A stretch of DNA of 32,000 nucleotides, from assembly GCF_900105015.1 (NCBI RefSeq), contig NZ_FNLK01000010.1:1-32000 (forward strand). Direction: 5' to 3'. The DNA comes from Schaalia meyeri (GTDB taxonomy: Bacteria > Actinomycetota > Actinomycetes > Actinomycetales > Actinomycetaceae). Of the stretch, positions 30,900 to 32,000 are shown one piece after another (position 1 is the stretch's first letter; each line of letters opens with the position of its first letter). The translations under genes were made by a program, and so were the position numbers. The notes under the pieces were generated by a model. It was not told the DNA's origin and did not search any database. It worked only from the letters and a program-made list of their open reading frames with translations.

Positions 30900-31958
30900 C
30901 TAGTCGCCCTCGGTGGGTTCGCACTTGGATGGGGCGGCGGGAAGATACCGGGAGCGCGGGGTGAGCCGCGCGTGCGACTGTGCATCGAGTTCCTTCTCCC
31001 AGGCCGTGGGGAGCTCGACAGAAAAGGAACAGACATCCGGATCGGGCAGGGCGCCTTCGCTCGCGAGCGCGTCCAGCAGCAGGAAGCGGGGGGTCGGATA
31101 GGGGGCGTCCCACGGGATGGCCGTCCACAGGCCAGCTTTGCCCAGTAGGATGTTGCCGCGGTTGCGGTCGTGCAGGTCGTCGGTGGCGCCCTGTGTTTCC
31201 CCCTCGGCCGCCCACAGCCAGCGGGTGGTGCGAAATGCTTCCCAGGCCTCCTCCCACGAGGAGTAGCAGGATTGCAGCGCCCGGTTGATGAGAGCGAGGG
31301 TGTCCCACGCCTCCTCTTCGCTGAGCCAGCCGAGGCCCGCTCCAGCCCGCGTCAGCATGGCCGCGCGAATGAAGTCCCACGCCGCGAAGTCCAGAGTCCA
31401 AATGTCCCTGTCATTGTTTAAAAAACGGCAGATGCGCCAGCAGTCCTCCCAATCGTCCGTTGAATCGGCTGCGGTTTCGTTCAGCGTGTCGATCATTGAT
31501 TCGGCCCACGCGCGGTCGGCGCAGTTTCGGCGCAGGAACTCGTAATCCTTGCGGTGCCCGTCGCGCAGCAGGGCGTAGAGCTGGGTGATCAGGCGACGTC
31601 GGTCGCGTATGCTCCAGTGCCATGCGAGCATATTTCGCGTGGCGGTGCGGTCCGTCAGCTCCAGGGTATCCACCGGGTTCTCGTGGCACAGCGCATATGG
31701 GATCGCGGGGGCGAGCAGGCGCGCGTGCGGGTCGGTTGCCATAGCCTTGCGCGAGCCTCGCACGATCACGGGATGATTCGCGGTGATCTCATTCCACTGG
31801 TCCTCCTGGCCAGCCTTGCGAACGTCCAGCGGCGCGGGCCCCAGCCCCTTGGTGCGCGCCAAGGAATCCTTGACGAAGGCCACCGCAAAGATCAGGGCAA
31901 GCGCGCCGAGCGCCAACCACACGGAGAGAGGAACGTGGGAGAACAGATCGGCGATCAC
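30900..31958 (-). CDS. DUF1266 domain protein with an N-terminal TM anchor, paralog 2
   Basis: GTG 31958 gives MIADLFSHVPLSVWLALGALALIFAVAF; GTG 31964 is an alternative start. The DUF1266 core is DFAAWDFIRAAMLTRAGAGLGWLSEEEAWDTLALINRALQSCYSSWEEAWEAF. Confidence 0.8.
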   Translation of the reverse strand: MIADLFSHVPLSVWLALGALALIFAVAFVKDSLARTKGLGPAPLDVRKAGQEDQWNEITANHPVIVRGSRKAMATDPHARLLAPAIPYALCHENPVDTLELTDRTATRNMLAWHWSIRDRRRLITQLYALLRDGHRKDYEFLRRNCADRAWAESMIDTLNETAADSTDDWEDCWRICRFLNNDRDIWTLDFAAWDFIRAAMLTRAGAGLGWLSEEEAWDTLALINRALQSCYSSWEEAWEAFRTTRWLWAAEGETQGATDDLHDRNRGNILLGKAGLWTAIPWDAPYPTPRFLLLDALASEGALPDPDVCSFSVELPTAWEKELDAQSHARLTPRSRYLPAAPSKCEPTEGD

Positions 31959-31965
31959 GTGCACG

Positions 31966-31995
31966 ATTGTGCCCGAGACGTGGCGCCTCAGGCAA
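31966..31995 (-). promoter_or_regulatory. candidate promoter giving a leaderless DUF1266 paralog 2 mRNA
   Basis: On the minus strand: TTGCCT (31995-31990), an 18-nt spacer, CACAAT (31971-31966), then 7 nt to GTG 31958. Confidence 0.35.
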
Positions 31996-32000
31996 GCGCG

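Overview
About 32 kb of a high-GC actinobacterial chromosome. An Actinomycetales or Actinomyces-like origin is an inference from composition, frequent GTG/TTG starts, 4-nt ATGA/GTGA gene overlaps and the protein families. All calls come from reading the sequence and ORF track by eye; no database search was possible.

Gene order:
- 110-4052: a Gly/Ala-rich protein without a signal peptide, followed by two tandem secreted S8 serine peptidases.
- 4078-5393: a visibly AT-richer Abi (AbiD/AbiF-like) gene bracketed by about 52-bp direct repeats.
- 5628-10196: a 1522-aa fused double-activase/dehydratase-like protein (BadF/BadG/BcrA/BcrD-HgdC type).
- 10314-11749: a PadR regulator and a coupled membrane protein.
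- 11840-13450: a degenerate GH2 beta-galactosidase-like gene.
- 13752-15752: an OPT oligopeptide transporter.
- 15753-17231: a repeat-rich, mostly non-coding stretch (about 650 bp upstream and 750 bp downstream of the tRNA) holding tRNA-Ser(CGA). It has four tandem repeats upstream of the tRNA and a striking 19-bp-periodic array of seven TGGATAGG/CCTATCCA boxes downstream.
- 17232-19004: sodA and a DUF808 membrane protein.
- 19084-27259: an NPPF-motif methyltransferase, then a translationally coupled trio of a SWIM zinc-finger protein and two paralogous 817- and 869-aa helical proteins with no recognisable catalytic motif.
- 27210-29323: a convergent ABC-F ATPase with a long structured leader (mini-ORF plus a 15-bp perfect hairpin).
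- 29412-31958: a small membrane protein and two tandem membrane-anchored DUF1266 paralogs.

I saw no integrase, transposase, CRISPR array or rRNA. The best candidates for something undescribed are the SWIM trio, the boxed repeat array next to tRNA-Ser, the ABC-F leader, the repeat-flanked Abi cassette and the Gly-rich protein/S8 peptidase module.
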